From the NCBI GenBank assembly GCA_934100165.1, contig CAKOPN010000001.1, forward strand, positions 30,279 to 94,278: a stretch of DNA of 64,000 bases. The letters are read 5' to 3'. Numbering within the stretch: position 1 is the first letter of the stretch; each line of letters starts with the position of its first letter. The stretch is from an uncultured Bacilli bacterium (GTDB lineage Bacteria; Bacillota_I; Bacilli_A; RF39; UBA660). Shown here one piece after another: positions 42,045 through 52,398 of this stretch. Under the pieces are notes generated by a model. The model ran no database searches and was not told the origin of the DNA. It saw only the letters and a list, made by a program, of their open reading frames with translations. The translations under genes and the position numbers were made by a program.

Positions 42045-44588
42045 TTATTTCTTTTTAATATCATTTTTAAGCTCATAAAGTATATTTATAGCTTCAATTG
42101 GTGTTATTTCTAGTGGATTTATCTTATTTAATTTGTCTATTATTTCATTTTTTTCATCTTTTTCTTCTGGTTCTAGAGCAAGTTCAATTTGTTTAAATGG
42201 TATTTTCTTACGACTTTTAGCTTCATACATTTCTAGTATTTCATTTGCTCTTTCAATAACATCATTTGGTAAATGAGCAAGAGCTGCAACATGAATACCA
42301 TAACTTTTATCAACTGCACCCATTTTAACTTTATGTAAGAAAATAATTTTCCCTTCTTCAAGTACAGCACTGACATGAACATTGCGGAGTCTTTTTAAAT
42401 CAGCAGATAATGCTGTTAACTCATGATAGTGAGTTGAAAACAGTGTTTTAGCTTTTATCTTATTATGAACATATTCAAGTATTGATTGAGCTAAACTCAT
42501 ACCATCATAAGTGGCCGTTCCCCTACCAAGCTCGTCAAATAAAATAAGACTATTTTCTGTAGCTTCGCTAATTGCATTATTAGCTTCTTTCATTTCTACC
42601 ATAAACGTAGAGTCACCGCTAACAAGGTCATCAGAAGCACCAATCCTAGTGAATATCTTATCAAAAATAGATATTGTACAACTCTTGCAAGGTACAAAAG
42701 AACCTATTTGAGCCATTATTATAATAATAGCAAGTGTACGCATATAAGTTGACTTACCGGCCATGTTAGGACCTGTTATTAAAAGTACATCAACATCTTT
42801 GCCCATAACAATATCATTAGGCACAAATTCATCTTTAATAACCTTTTCAACTACAGGATGTCTTGCTTCTTTAATTTCTATTTTTCTCTCTTTAGAAATA
42901 ACAGGTCTAATGTAGTTGTTCTCTTCACTAACAGTAGCAAAAGATACAAGCATATCAATAAGTGCTATAACACGTGAAGTTTTTTGCAGAGATGTAATAT
43001 ATGTTTTAACTTTATCTCTTATTTCCATAAACAATTTGTATTCAAGATTTATAATTTTCTCTTCTGCACCTAAAATAATATTCTCTTTTTCCTTAAGTAA
43101 GGGGGTAATAAATCTTTCACAGTTAGCAAGAGTTTGTTTTCTTTCATAATTGAACTCATCTTTTACAAGTGGTATTGATCCTTTACTAATTTCTATATAA
43201 TATCCAAACACTTTATTGAAACCTAAACGTAAATTCTTAATTCCAGTACGTTTTCGCTCTTCTTCTTCAATCTTTAAGATAAAGTCTTTTGATCCACTTC
43301 TAATACTTCTAAGTTCATCAAGTTCACTATTATATCCATCTTTAATTATAGATCCTTCTTTAACAGTAAAAGGAGCATCTTCATTTATTGAACTTTCAAG
43401 TAGTTCATATAAAGGCTCAAATGTATCAATTGTCTGATAAAAATTTATTTCTTTTAATATTTTCTTTATACTGGGAAGTACTTTAAGAGACTTCTTTAAC
43501 TGTAGTAAATCTCTTGCATTTAAATTTCCATAGCTAACTCTACCAGAAAGTCTTTCAAGATCATATACCTCTCCAAGTAAATTTTGTAAATCATTCTTCA
43601 AAATAAATTCAGTAAGAAGTGTTTCTACTACATCAAGACGTTTGTTTATTTCATTTCTATCAGTAAGTGGGTTCTCAATGTTAAACTTCAAAAGTCTTCC
43701 ACCCATAGCAGTTTTTGTTTTATCAAGAAGCCAAAGAAGTGAATAAATTCTCTCTTTTTGTCTCAAAGTCTCTGTTAATTCAAGATTCCTTTTTGTATGA
43801 CTGTCAAATAGCAAATACTCATTAAGATTTACAACTGCAGCCTTTTGTAAATGAGACATATCCCCTTTTTTTGTATCTAGGATATAAGAAATTAGGTGAT
43901 TAACTGTAGTAACCATTCTAATATCTTGTAAGTCTTCTGTTATATATTTATATTCTTTCTGATTATAAATATCTTCTCTTATAGTAACCAATATATGATA
44001 GTTATCTTTAAGAGCCATTACAATTTCTTTATCAGTTTTATCATTTACAATTACTTCTTTTATATTTCTGTTGTTAATTTCTTTAACAACTTTTTCTTTA
44101 TCATGATCTACAATTAAAACATAAAAATAACCTGTTGTAATATCAGCATAACTTATACCATAACAATATTCAAAATCATAAATATTACCTATATAATTAT
44201 AATCTTTTTCACTTAATGTATTATCTATTACTGTACCTTTAGTTACAACTTCTACTACATCACGTTCTACCATTCCTTTAGTTTCTTTAGGATCTGTAAG
44301 TTGTTCACAAATAGCAACTTTGTATCCTTTGTCCACTAATTTTTCAAGATATGCCAAATAAGCATGATGTGGAACACCACACATAGGAACTCTTTCATCA
44401 AGACCAGCATTTCTACCTGTTAAAGTAAGTTCCAATTCTCTTGAACAAAGGATTGCATCTTCAAAAAACATTTCATAAAAATCCCCTAAACGATAAAATA
44501 TTATCGTATCAGGATATTTTTCCTTTATCTCTAAATATTTCACCATCATTGGGCTTAATTTACTTTTATCTACTTCACTGCGTTTCAT
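42045..44588 (-). CDS. mutS: DNA mismatch repair protein MutS
   Basis: Mismatch-binding GxFxE-like N-terminus (RLGDFYEMF), Walker A GPNMAGKST, 847 aa. Confidence 0.97.
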   Translation of the reverse strand: MKRSEVDKSKLSPMMVKYLEIKEKYPDTIIFYRLGDFYEMFFEDAILCSRELELTLTGRNAGLDERVPMCGVPHHAYLAYLEKLVDKGYKVAICEQLTDPKETKGMVERDVVEVVTKGTVIDNTLSEKDYNYIGNIYDFEYCYGISYADITTGYFYVLIVDHDKEKVVKEINNRNIKEVIVNDKTDKEIVMALKDNYHILVTIREDIYNQKEYKYITEDLQDIRMVTTVNHLISYILDTKKGDMSHLQKAAVVNLNEYLLFDSHTKRNLELTETLRQKERIYSLLWLLDKTKTAMGGRLLKFNIENPLTDRNEINKRLDVVETLLTEFILKNDLQNLLGEVYDLERLSGRVSYGNLNARDLLQLKKSLKVLPSIKKILKEINFYQTIDTFEPLYELLESSINEDAPFTVKEGSIIKDGYNSELDELRSIRSGSKDFILKIEEEERKRTGIKNLRLGFNKVFGYYIEISKGSIPLVKDEFNYERKQTLANCERFITPLLKEKENIILGAEEKIINLEYKLFMEIRDKVKTYITSLQKTSRVIALIDMLVSFATVSEENNYIRPVISKERKIEIKEARHPVVEKVIKDEFVPNDIVMGKDVDVLLITGPNMAGKSTYMRTLAIIIIMAQIGSFVPCKSCTISIFDKIFTRIGASDDLVSGDSTFMVEMKEANNAISEATENSLILFDELGRGTATYDGMSLAQSILEYVHNKIKAKTLFSTHYHELTALSADLKRLRNVHVSAVLEEGKIIFLHKVKMGAVDKSYGIHVAALAHLPNDVIERANEILEMYEAKSRKKIPFKQIELALEPEEKDEKNEIIDKLNKINPLEITPIEAINILYELKNDIKKK

Positions 44589-44708
44589 AACTATTTTTCT
44601 CCGTACTAACTATTATAGCAACATTTTAAAGTTAAGGGAAACAAAAAAGTCAATTTTTAGCAATAAAAAAATGCAAAGTATTAAACCTTTACATTATTTT
44701 TAATTTTA

Positions 44709-45365
44709 TTATTTCTGTTTCTTTTTACTTTTATTTTTCTCTTTATCTTTTTCTTCCTTTAAGCTTTCTTTCATAAGTGATCCTATTTCGTTATAAAGTT
44801 TTTCGTTAGCTTCTTCAAGTGTCATATCACCAACTTTAAAAGGAGTCCCAAATCTAACTGTCAAGTTCTTACTTCTGAATTTATAATCACCAGTAATACC
44901 AAAAGGTACTATCGTAGCATTAGTCTTTTTAGCCATAGATACAGCACCAAATTTAAATGGTAAAAGGAATACATCTTTGGTTTTATTACGTGTTCCTTCA
45001 GGGAATAGTCCAATAGCGCCACCATCATTTAATACTTCTAAAGCTTCACTTTTAGCATTTTCATCTTTAATACTTCTATTTACAGATATACAACCAGTCC
45101 ATCTAAAAAACCAAGCAAATTTAGAATCAAAGTATTCTTTTTTAGCCATATAATGAACTACTCTCTTAGTAGAAAGTATAACTGGGCATTGATCATAAAC
45201 ATGTTTATGATTACCACATATAATTATTGGTCCTTCTCTAGGAATTACTTCTTTATTTATAACACGAGGATTATAATAAAGTTTAAAAAACACTCCTAGA
45301 ACAGCTCTTGAAAACTTATAACCACCTTCAGGTAGTTTTTTATGTTCTTCTTGTTTTTTTGACAT
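44709..45365 (-). CDS. 1-acyl-sn-glycerol-3-phosphate acyltransferase-family (LPLAT) protein
   Basis: NHKHVYDQ (HX4D) and FPEGTRNK motifs. Confidence 0.75.
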   Translation of the reverse strand: MSKKQEEHKKLPEGGYKFSRAVLGVFFKLYYNPRVINKEVIPREGPIIICGNHKHVYDQCPVILSTKRVVHYMAKKEYFDSKFAWFFRWTGCISVNRSIKDENAKSEALEVLNDGGAIGLFPEGTRNKTKDVFLLPFKFGAVSMAKKTNATIVPFGITGDYKFRSKNLTVRFGTPFKVGDMTLEEANEKLYNEIGSLMKESLKEEKDKEKNKSKKKQK

Positions 45366-47093
45366 TTACGCATCACTTTCCTTTTCTTCACTCAATTTTT
45401 TAAAATCAACTTTACCAATAAGTGTCTTAGGTAAAGACTTTCTAAATTCATATTCATAAGGAAGAGAATATCTAGATAAGTTTTTCTCACAATGTTCTTT
45501 TATACTCTTCTTAACTGTCCAAGAATCAGTATAACCATTCTTCAACACTATTATTGCTTTAGCTACTTCAACTTTATATGGATGAGGTATTCCGATAACA
45601 GTACATTTCAATACTGCTTCATGTTCCTCAATAACATTTTCTATTTGTGTTGGATAAACATTGTAACCAGATGAGACAATCATTCTTTTTAATCTGCTTT
45701 GATAAAAGATTATTCCATTCTCATTCATATATCCCATATCACCAGTATGTAACCAGATGTTTCCATCTTCATGTATTTGTAAAACTTCATTTGTTTCTTT
45801 CTCGTTATTTAAATAACCTAGCATAACAGTTGGGCCGGAAACACAAATTTCACCAGTCTCACCATATGGAAGTACATCTTGAGTATGTGGCTTAACTATT
45901 TTAAAGTAATCGCCAGGGAAAGGTATACCAATACTTCCTTCAACATTAAATTCATCACATGCAAGTGCTGTTGCAGCAGTACTTTCTGTCATTCCATAAC
46001 CTTGCATTATTTTAACATTTGAGTGATGCTCTTCCAAGAAAACATTTATTTTTCTAGCAAGTGGAATAGAAAGGCTATCACCACCACATATTGCATATTT
46101 CAAATCACTTAAATCAAGTTTTTTATTATTTGTATTTAATAAAGCTTCATATAAAGTTGGAACTCCAACGATAACTTGTGGTTTTGTTTTAATTAAAAGC
46201 TTATCAAAATGTCTTGCATCAAACTGAGGAACAAGGTTAACAGTACACCCAATATGAAGTGGTGTATGTATTGAAACACCTAATCCAAAACCATGGAATA
46301 TTGGCATAATGGCAAGGACTATATCGCCCTTATCAAGTCTACACAATACAGTTTTAGCTTGTTCTGCAAGCGCATTAAAATTAGAGTTTGATAGCAAAAT
46401 ACCTTTAGGCGTTCCTGTTGTACCACCGCTATGAAGTATTACAGCAGGATCCTCCTTAGATACCTTATAATCATTTTTATCATTGTAAAGTGTACCTTTT
46501 CTTAAAAAATCATTCCAGTACATATATTCGCCTTTAAAAAATGGTTTTTTGATTTTATATCCTTTAGTAAATATATATCCAAGTTTCATATGAATAGACA
46601 TAGAATTACCAGCTGAAACTATAATTGTCTTATAAACATCTGTCTCTTTTATAATACCTGCTACCTTTTCATAGCACAAATCTATCATAATAAGCATCAC
46701 ACTATTAGTTGAAAGTAAGTATTTTTTAATTTCTTGTTCGCTAGACAAAGGATGTATCATACTAGCAATTGCCCCTATTTTATTAAGTGCATAAAAACTT
46801 ACAACAGCCTCTGGAGTATTAGGCATACATATAGTAACAACATCGCCTTTTCTTATGCCTTGACTTCTAAAAGCCCTTGCTGCTAAATTGATCTGTTTTA
46901 AAAAATCTTTATATGTAACAGTATGGCCATAATAATTATATGCGATTGTATCTTTGCATCTATCTGCACTTTCTTTTACAACATCATATATTGATCCATC
47001 AGGAATTTTTACTTCCATTTCATTATTTTTATAATAATTGCTCCATGGAGCTTGAGGTTTCTTTTTAAATTTAAATATATTAAATATGTTCAT
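45366..47093 (-). CDS. AMP-dependent acyl-CoA synthetase/ligase
   Basis: AMP-binding motif HSGGTTGTPKGI, YGMTES, class I adenylate-forming enzyme core. Abuts the downstream acyltransferase. Confidence 0.85.
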   Translation of the reverse strand: MNIFNIFKFKKKPQAPWSNYYKNNEMEVKIPDGSIYDVVKESADRCKDTIAYNYYGHTVTYKDFLKQINLAARAFRSQGIRKGDVVTICMPNTPEAVVSFYALNKIGAIASMIHPLSSEQEIKKYLLSTNSVMLIMIDLCYEKVAGIIKETDVYKTIIVSAGNSMSIHMKLGYIFTKGYKIKKPFFKGEYMYWNDFLRKGTLYNDKNDYKVSKEDPAVILHSGGTTGTPKGILLSNSNFNALAEQAKTVLCRLDKGDIVLAIMPIFHGFGLGVSIHTPLHIGCTVNLVPQFDARHFDKLLIKTKPQVIVGVPTLYEALLNTNNKKLDLSDLKYAICGGDSLSIPLARKINVFLEEHHSNVKIMQGYGMTESTAATALACDEFNVEGSIGIPFPGDYFKIVKPHTQDVLPYGETGEICVSGPTVMLGYLNNEKETNEVLQIHEDGNIWLHTGDMGYMNENGIIFYQSRLKRMIVSSGYNVYPTQIENVIEEHEAVLKCTVIGIPHPYKVEVAKAIIVLKNGYTDSWTVKKSIKEHCEKNLSRYSLPYEYEFRKSLPKTLIGKVDFKKLSEEKESDA

Positions 47094-47098
47094 AATTA

Positions 47099-47692
47099 TT
47101 ACACCTTTCTATCCGTAAGTTTATCACTAATAAAATCCATTAAACGTTTATTTGAGTTATCTAAAACATCATCATTCATTTTCATTGGCTTAAAAAACAC
47201 AATTCTAACGCCTTTTCTAAAAAGGCGAAACTTTCCTTTTATCACAAAAGGTACTATTTTAGTGTTTGTATCATGTGCCATTTTAACTGCACCAATTTTA
47301 AAAGGCATAACAACATCATCAGTCTTATTTATAGTGCCCTCTGGAAATATTCCAATAACCATTCCTTTATTCAAAACGTTTATAGCACTCTCAAGAGCTT
47401 TTCCATCTTTTGTCTTTCTATTAACAGGAATAAGTCCTGCACCTGTAAAAATTGGTTTCATAATTCCTTTAAAAAGTTCTTTCTTAGCAAGAAAATGAAT
47501 GCACCTTTTGGTAGATGACAATAAAAGTGACCAATCTAGGTTACTTGTGTGATTTCCTGCTAATACCACAGCACCTTCTTTCGGAATATTTTCTGCTCCA
47601 ATAATAGTAGGTCTATATAAAACTTTAAAAATTGCTTTGGCAAGTGGCCTTACAACTTTATAAAGCATAGGATCTTTTTCTAAAACCTCCAC
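47099..47692 (-). CDS. Second LPLAT-family acyltransferase
   Basis: NHTSNLD (HX4D) and FPEGTINKT motifs. Confidence 0.75.
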   Translation of the reverse strand: MEVLEKDPMLYKVVRPLAKAIFKVLYRPTIIGAENIPKEGAVVLAGNHTSNLDWSLLLSSTKRCIHFLAKKELFKGIMKPIFTGAGLIPVNRKTKDGKALESAINVLNKGMVIGIFPEGTINKTDDVVMPFKIGAVKMAHDTNTKIVPFVIKGKFRLFRKGVRIVFFKPMKMNDDVLDNSNKRLMDFISDKLTDRKV

Positions 47693-47863
47693 AGTTTAAC
47701 ACCTCCAAGTGTTAAGATAACAATACCATAAATTGATTATAACACATTTTTTAAATGTTTAATAAAAAATATCATAATTAGACATAAACAAAAAAGTCTC
47801 ATTCTACTAATCAAATGAAACTTTGCAAAAAATGTAAATATAATAGCTTTTAATATTCTAGAT

Positions 47864-48316
47864 CTACAAATATTCTTTAAGTTTTTCAACAGACTCTTCT
47901 TGGAATTTCAAAAGTTTATTTGCAAACTGTACTATATCTTTATTAGCTTCTTTATCAAAAGAATCTATCTTTTTAGTAATATCAATTATCCCCATTACCA
48001 AACCTTGTATAACAATATCACTTATTTTAGAATCACTATTATCTTTCTTAATATTAGCCTTTATACCTTCTTTAGCACCAAGTCTTGCCATCATACTAGT
48101 TTTTTCAGGTTTGATTTTGTGTTTCTTTAAAAGTGCTTTAGCTTCCTTAGTATATTTCTCATACTCTTTTAAAATATCTTCAACATCGCCTTTTATTTTA
48201 TTATCTTTATTTTTAAGTTCTTTTAAAAGTATTGTCAAAGTATATGATGCCATTTCTGCATCTTCATATATATTTTCTAAAAGTTCATTTGTCTCTTTCA
48301 TAATATTCCTCCACAA
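47864..48316 (-). CDS. Hypothetical Lys/Glu-rich protein
   Basis: ORF only. Helical, charged composition. Confidence 0.4.
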   Translation of the reverse strand: MWRNIMKETNELLENIYEDAEMASYTLTILLKELKNKDNKIKGDVEDILKEYEKYTKEAKALLKKHKIKPEKTSMMARLGAKEGIKANIKKDNSDSKISDIVIQGLVMGIIDITKKIDSFDKEANKDIVQFANKLLKFQEESVEKLKEYL

Positions 48317-48385
48317 ATATTATGATTATTATTTATAAAATTATACAAAAAAAGTAAGCCATAAAAGCTTACTTAATATTATTTA

Positions 48386-50764
48386 TTATTTATCTCTTAA
48401 TGCAGCGTTATGTTTTTTAGTAACGTCTTCAATTATTTTGTTAAATACTTTCATAACTTCTTCATCACTAAGTGTCTTAGTAGGATCACTAAATGTTAAA
48501 GAATATGCAATTGATTTTTTACCAGCATCTAAATTTTCTCCTTTGTAAACATCAAAGACATCTATATCAGTAAGAATTCTTCCTCCAGCTTTTTTAATAG
48601 TAGTAACTAGATCTTTTGAAGTAACATCATTATCTATAACGAACGCTAAATCTTTAACTACAGTAGGATACTTAGATATCTCTTTGTATTTAATTGGTTT
48701 AATTTTCTTTTCATATAATTTATCTAAAGAAATTTCAAGTACATAAACATCATCTTTCATAACTTCTGGATGAACTCTTCCCATGAATCCAATTGGTTCT
48801 CTATCAAGTGTAATTTCAGCAGTCATTCCAGGATGCATTGAATCAACTTCTTTAACATTAAAATCATATCTATTTTTAAGTCCTAAATAATCAAGAAGAC
48901 TTTCTGCAATACCTTTTAACAAGTAAAAATCAACTTTGCATGATGTAGCCATCCAATTATTAGTTACATAATTACCTTTCATAAGAATTGATATTTTTGT
49001 ATCTTCTACATCAGTATCATGGTAAGTATTAGCAACTTCATATATAAGAACATCTTTTACTCCTCTTGCCTTGTTATATTTATATACATTTAAAAGTGAT
49101 GGAATAAGTGATTGTCTGATAACTTTTTTGTCACTGCTCATTGGTTTTAATAAATAAATAGATTCTCCTCTATTATATTTAAACATATCATTTTCTTCAT
49201 CGCTGACAAGTGTGTATGTTCTACATTCATTAAGTCCTAAACTTCTAAGTCTAGAAGCAACATTTCTAATTTCCTTTGTCTTTCCAAGATATTTTCCTTG
49301 TTTTGTTTCAAGGCTAGGTAATACAGATACAATTTTATCATAACCATAAAGTCTACCAATTTCCTCAATTAAATCTTGCTTATGTGCTTCCACATCAAGT
49401 CTTCTATTAGGTATTTCTACAGTATAAACATCATCTTTTAAAGTGTAATTGAATCCTAAGTTCTCAAGACTTCTCTTAATATCTTCATCAGTCATTTCAA
49501 GTCCAAGGGTTGTGTTAACATCTTCTTTAGTAACAGTAGCAACTTTCTTTTCCTTTTTTACATTATCGTAAACAACTGTTCCTTCAAGTACTTTTCCATC
49601 GGCATATTTTTCAAGAAGATGGCAAGCTCTTTCAATAGCCATATTAGTATATTCATAATTAAGACCTCTTTCATATCTTAAAGATGCTTCACTTCTTAAG
49701 TCAAGTCTTAATGAAGTATATCTAACATTATAAGAGTTAAAGATGGCACTTTCAATTAGAATATCTTTTGTATTTGCATCAACATCTGTATTTTCTCCAC
49801 CCATGACACCTGCTATGCAAACTGGTTTAACTCCATCTGTAATAACTATATCAGAAGATACTAAATCTCTTTCTTTTCCATCCAGAGTAACAATTTTTTC
49901 ACCATCTTCTGCCATTCTAACGACAATTTTGTCTCCTAGCTTATCTTTATCAAAGAAATGAAGTGGTTGACCATATTCAAGCATTACATAATTAGATATA
50001 TCTACAACATTATTGATAGGTCTCATTCCTGCTGCAATAAGACGTCTTTGAATGAATTCTGGTGATTCTTTTATTTTTACATCTTTAACCATCTTTGCAT
50101 TATACAAAGTACAGTTAGAAGTATCTACAGAAAGTGAAAAATATTTTTCTACATTATCTTTAATTGGAGATGTTTCAGTACTAGGAAGATTTACTTTCTT
50201 ACCTAAAACACTAGCAACTTCATAAGCAAATCCAATATGGTTAGTACAGTCTATATTTCTATTTGGATTAAGATCAAGTTCATATATTGTATCATCTACA
50301 CCCATATATTTTATTGGATCTTCCCCAACCTTAGCATCTTCGCCAAGTATATAAATACCTTTTTTTCTATTTTCTTCATTTTCTTCTTCCAAACCAAGCT
50401 CTGACAAAGCGCAAATCATTCCATTTGACTCTACTCCTCTAATTACACTAGGCTTAATTTCAAATCCACCAGGTAAAATAGCACCAGGAAGTGACACAAT
50501 AACGTTAATATCTTTTCTAACGTTAGGAGCACCACAAACGATTTGTCTTACGTCAGTACCAACATCAACAGTACACACGTGTAAATGATCAGAGTCTGGG
50601 TGATTTTCACAAGTTTTAACCCTACCTATTACAAGATTATTAAATTTATTTTGAGTAACCTTTTCTACATTAACACCACTGTCAGTTATTTTTCTAGCTA
50701 AAGATAGTAAATCAACGTCATCTAAATTTACATAATCTTTAACCCAATTCATACTTATAGCCAT
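48386..50764 (-). CDS. pheT: Phenylalanine--tRNA ligase beta subunit (start at MAISMNWVKDYV)
   Basis: tRNA-binding N-terminal domain, B3/B4, B5 and FDX-ACB domains. Follows pheS with a 1-nt gap. Terminator at about 48345-48372. Confidence 0.95.
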   Translation of the reverse strand: MAISMNWVKDYVNLDDVDLLSLARKITDSGVNVEKVTQNKFNNLVIGRVKTCENHPDSDHLHVCTVDVGTDVRQIVCGAPNVRKDINVIVSLPGAILPGGFEIKPSVIRGVESNGMICALSELGLEEENEENRKKGIYILGEDAKVGEDPIKYMGVDDTIYELDLNPNRNIDCTNHIGFAYEVASVLGKKVNLPSTETSPIKDNVEKYFSLSVDTSNCTLYNAKMVKDVKIKESPEFIQRRLIAAGMRPINNVVDISNYVMLEYGQPLHFFDKDKLGDKIVVRMAEDGEKIVTLDGKERDLVSSDIVITDGVKPVCIAGVMGGENTDVDANTKDILIESAIFNSYNVRYTSLRLDLRSEASLRYERGLNYEYTNMAIERACHLLEKYADGKVLEGTVVYDNVKKEKKVATVTKEDVNTTLGLEMTDEDIKRSLENLGFNYTLKDDVYTVEIPNRRLDVEAHKQDLIEEIGRLYGYDKIVSVLPSLETKQGKYLGKTKEIRNVASRLRSLGLNECRTYTLVSDEENDMFKYNRGESIYLLKPMSSDKKVIRQSLIPSLLNVYKYNKARGVKDVLIYEVANTYHDTDVEDTKISILMKGNYVTNNWMATSCKVDFYLLKGIAESLLDYLGLKNRYDFNVKEVDSMHPGMTAEITLDREPIGFMGRVHPEVMKDDVYVLEISLDKLYEKKIKPIKYKEISKYPTVVKDLAFVIDNDVTSKDLVTTIKKAGGRILTDIDVFDVYKGENLDAGKKSIAYSLTFSDPTKTLSDEEVMKVFNKIIEDVTKKHNAALRDK

Positions 50765-50765
50765 A

Positions 50766-51812
50766 TTACTCAGCCTCCACTCTATCAAAATTTTCTTTGC
50801 TTCTTAAATCATTTGTATAAAAAGTTCTAATATCAGTAATACCATACTTAAGCATTGCTAGTCTTTCTACACCAAATCCGAAAGCAAATCCAGTCCATTT
50901 ATTTGAATCATAACCACAGTTATCAAGCACATTGTGATGTACAATTCCAGCTCCTCCTACAGTAATCCAACCAGTTCCTTTGCAAATATTACACCCTTTC
51001 CCGCCACAGTTAAAGCAAGAAATATCTAATTCAACAGAAGGTTCTGTAAAAGGATAGAAACTAGGACGGAATCTTGTCTCACGCTCTGCTCCAAAAAGTT
51101 TCTTAGCAAGAATATCAAAAGTTCCTTTTAAGTTAGCAAGAGATATATTTTTATCTACTAGAAGTCCTTCTATTTGTGTAAATTGATGTGAATGAGTTGC
51201 ATCGTCATCATCTCTTCTATAAGTCTTACCTGGGCAAACTATTCTAATTGGTGTTTTCTCTTCATTAGCAAGCATAGTTCTTATCTGTACTGGTGAAGTT
51301 TGGCTTCTTAAAAGTATTGTATCTCCAAAAGTATAGAAAGTATCTTGAGCATCTCTTGCAGGATGTCCTTTAGGTAAATTTAAAAGTTCAAAGTTATATA
51401 GATCCTTCTCAACTTCAGGACCACTTGCTACATCATATCCCATAGACATAAAAAGTTCTTCAAGTTCAAGTGTAAGCTTTTCAAGAATGTTATTACCTCC
51501 AACAGGAACCTTTGTACTTGGAAGTGAAATATCTATCTTCTCACTTTTAAGTCTTTCATCAAGTTCTGCTTTTTTCAAATTAGTTTCTAACTCTTGCAAA
51601 GTATCTGTAACATATTTCTTTAGTTCATTTGATAATCTACCTACTTCTTTCTTCTCTTCAATAGATAAATCCTTCATATTAGCAGTAAGACCAGTTACAA
51701 GTCCTTTTTTACCAAGATATTTAACTTTTAAATTGGAAAGTTCAACAATATTCTTAGTATTTTTTAAATCTTCTTCTAATTCTTTTCTAATGTTATTAAC
51801 ATTTTCTAACAT
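50766..51812 (-). CDS. pheS: Phenylalanine--tRNA ligase alpha subunit
   Basis: Class II aaRS motifs (FRPSFYPFTEPS, GFAFGFGVER). Confidence 0.95.
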   Translation of the reverse strand: MLENVNNIRKELEEDLKNTKNIVELSNLKVKYLGKKGLVTGLTANMKDLSIEEKKEVGRLSNELKKYVTDTLQELETNLKKAELDERLKSEKIDISLPSTKVPVGGNNILEKLTLELEELFMSMGYDVASGPEVEKDLYNFELLNLPKGHPARDAQDTFYTFGDTILLRSQTSPVQIRTMLANEEKTPIRIVCPGKTYRRDDDDATHSHQFTQIEGLLVDKNISLANLKGTFDILAKKLFGAERETRFRPSFYPFTEPSVELDISCFNCGGKGCNICKGTGWITVGGAGIVHHNVLDNCGYDSNKWTGFAFGFGVERLAMLKYGITDIRTFYTNDLRSKENFDRVEAE

Positions 51813-51827
51813 ATTATCCTCCTATAA

Positions 51828-52081
51828 AATAAAAAGCACTTCATCCAAAGGACGAAATGCTCGTGGTACCACCTTATTTTAGTATTGCTACTCTCTATTT
51901 CCTATAACGGGGAATACCGTTTACTATTAATAAAAGCTTATAGAGTGAATTCGCAAGGTTTCATTTTATCACATCTCACCAAAACTGTGACTCTCTTAAA
52001 AATAAAAATTCTTGTTACTACTTTCTAATCACTGCTTTCAAAATATATAACAAATTATAACACACTTTTTTAATCATGCAA
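51828..52081 (-). ncRNA. Phe-specific T-box leader with its promoter (-35 TTGCAT at about 52076-81, TGn-TATAAT at about 52054-60)
   Basis: Stem I AGAGAG GA-motif. Specifier loop GAAUUCA (UUC Phe codon plus A). T-box sequence AAUAAGGUGGUACCACG. Terminator GCAUUUCGUCC-UUU-GGAUGAAGUGC plus U-run. Confidence 0.8.
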
Positions 52082-52140
52082 CTTTTTTTACTTGTTTTTA
52101 CAAAATATATTTTTTTAAAATAATTAAAACAAGATTAAGA

Positions 52141-52398
52141 TTATTTCAATTTAAAATGTCCATTATCATATCTTTTTGACATATCAACGTTTAATGATTT
52201 TGACAGTTTTTTTATAGTAGTATCAGCAGCCTTATATGCTAAGTAATCTTTTTCTTTCAATGTAAGTAAATTCAAAAGTTCATTTTCTGTCATACCAGAT
52301 TCAAGTGCCACATCAGATGCTGAAACACTGCTATTTCTAAGTTCATTTATTATATCATCACTAATTTCTCTGCATAATTTTTCATATTTTTCATTCAT
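52141..52398 (-). CDS. Small XRE-like HTH protein (likely start MNEKYEK; possible antitoxin)
   Basis: SASDVALESGMTENELLNLLT has an HTH pattern. 8-nt overlap with the upstream ORF. Confidence 0.45.
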   Translation of the reverse strand: MNEKYEKLCREISDDIINELRNSSVSASDVALESGMTENELLNLLTLKEKDYLAYKAADTTIKKLSKSLNVDMSKRYDNGHFKLK

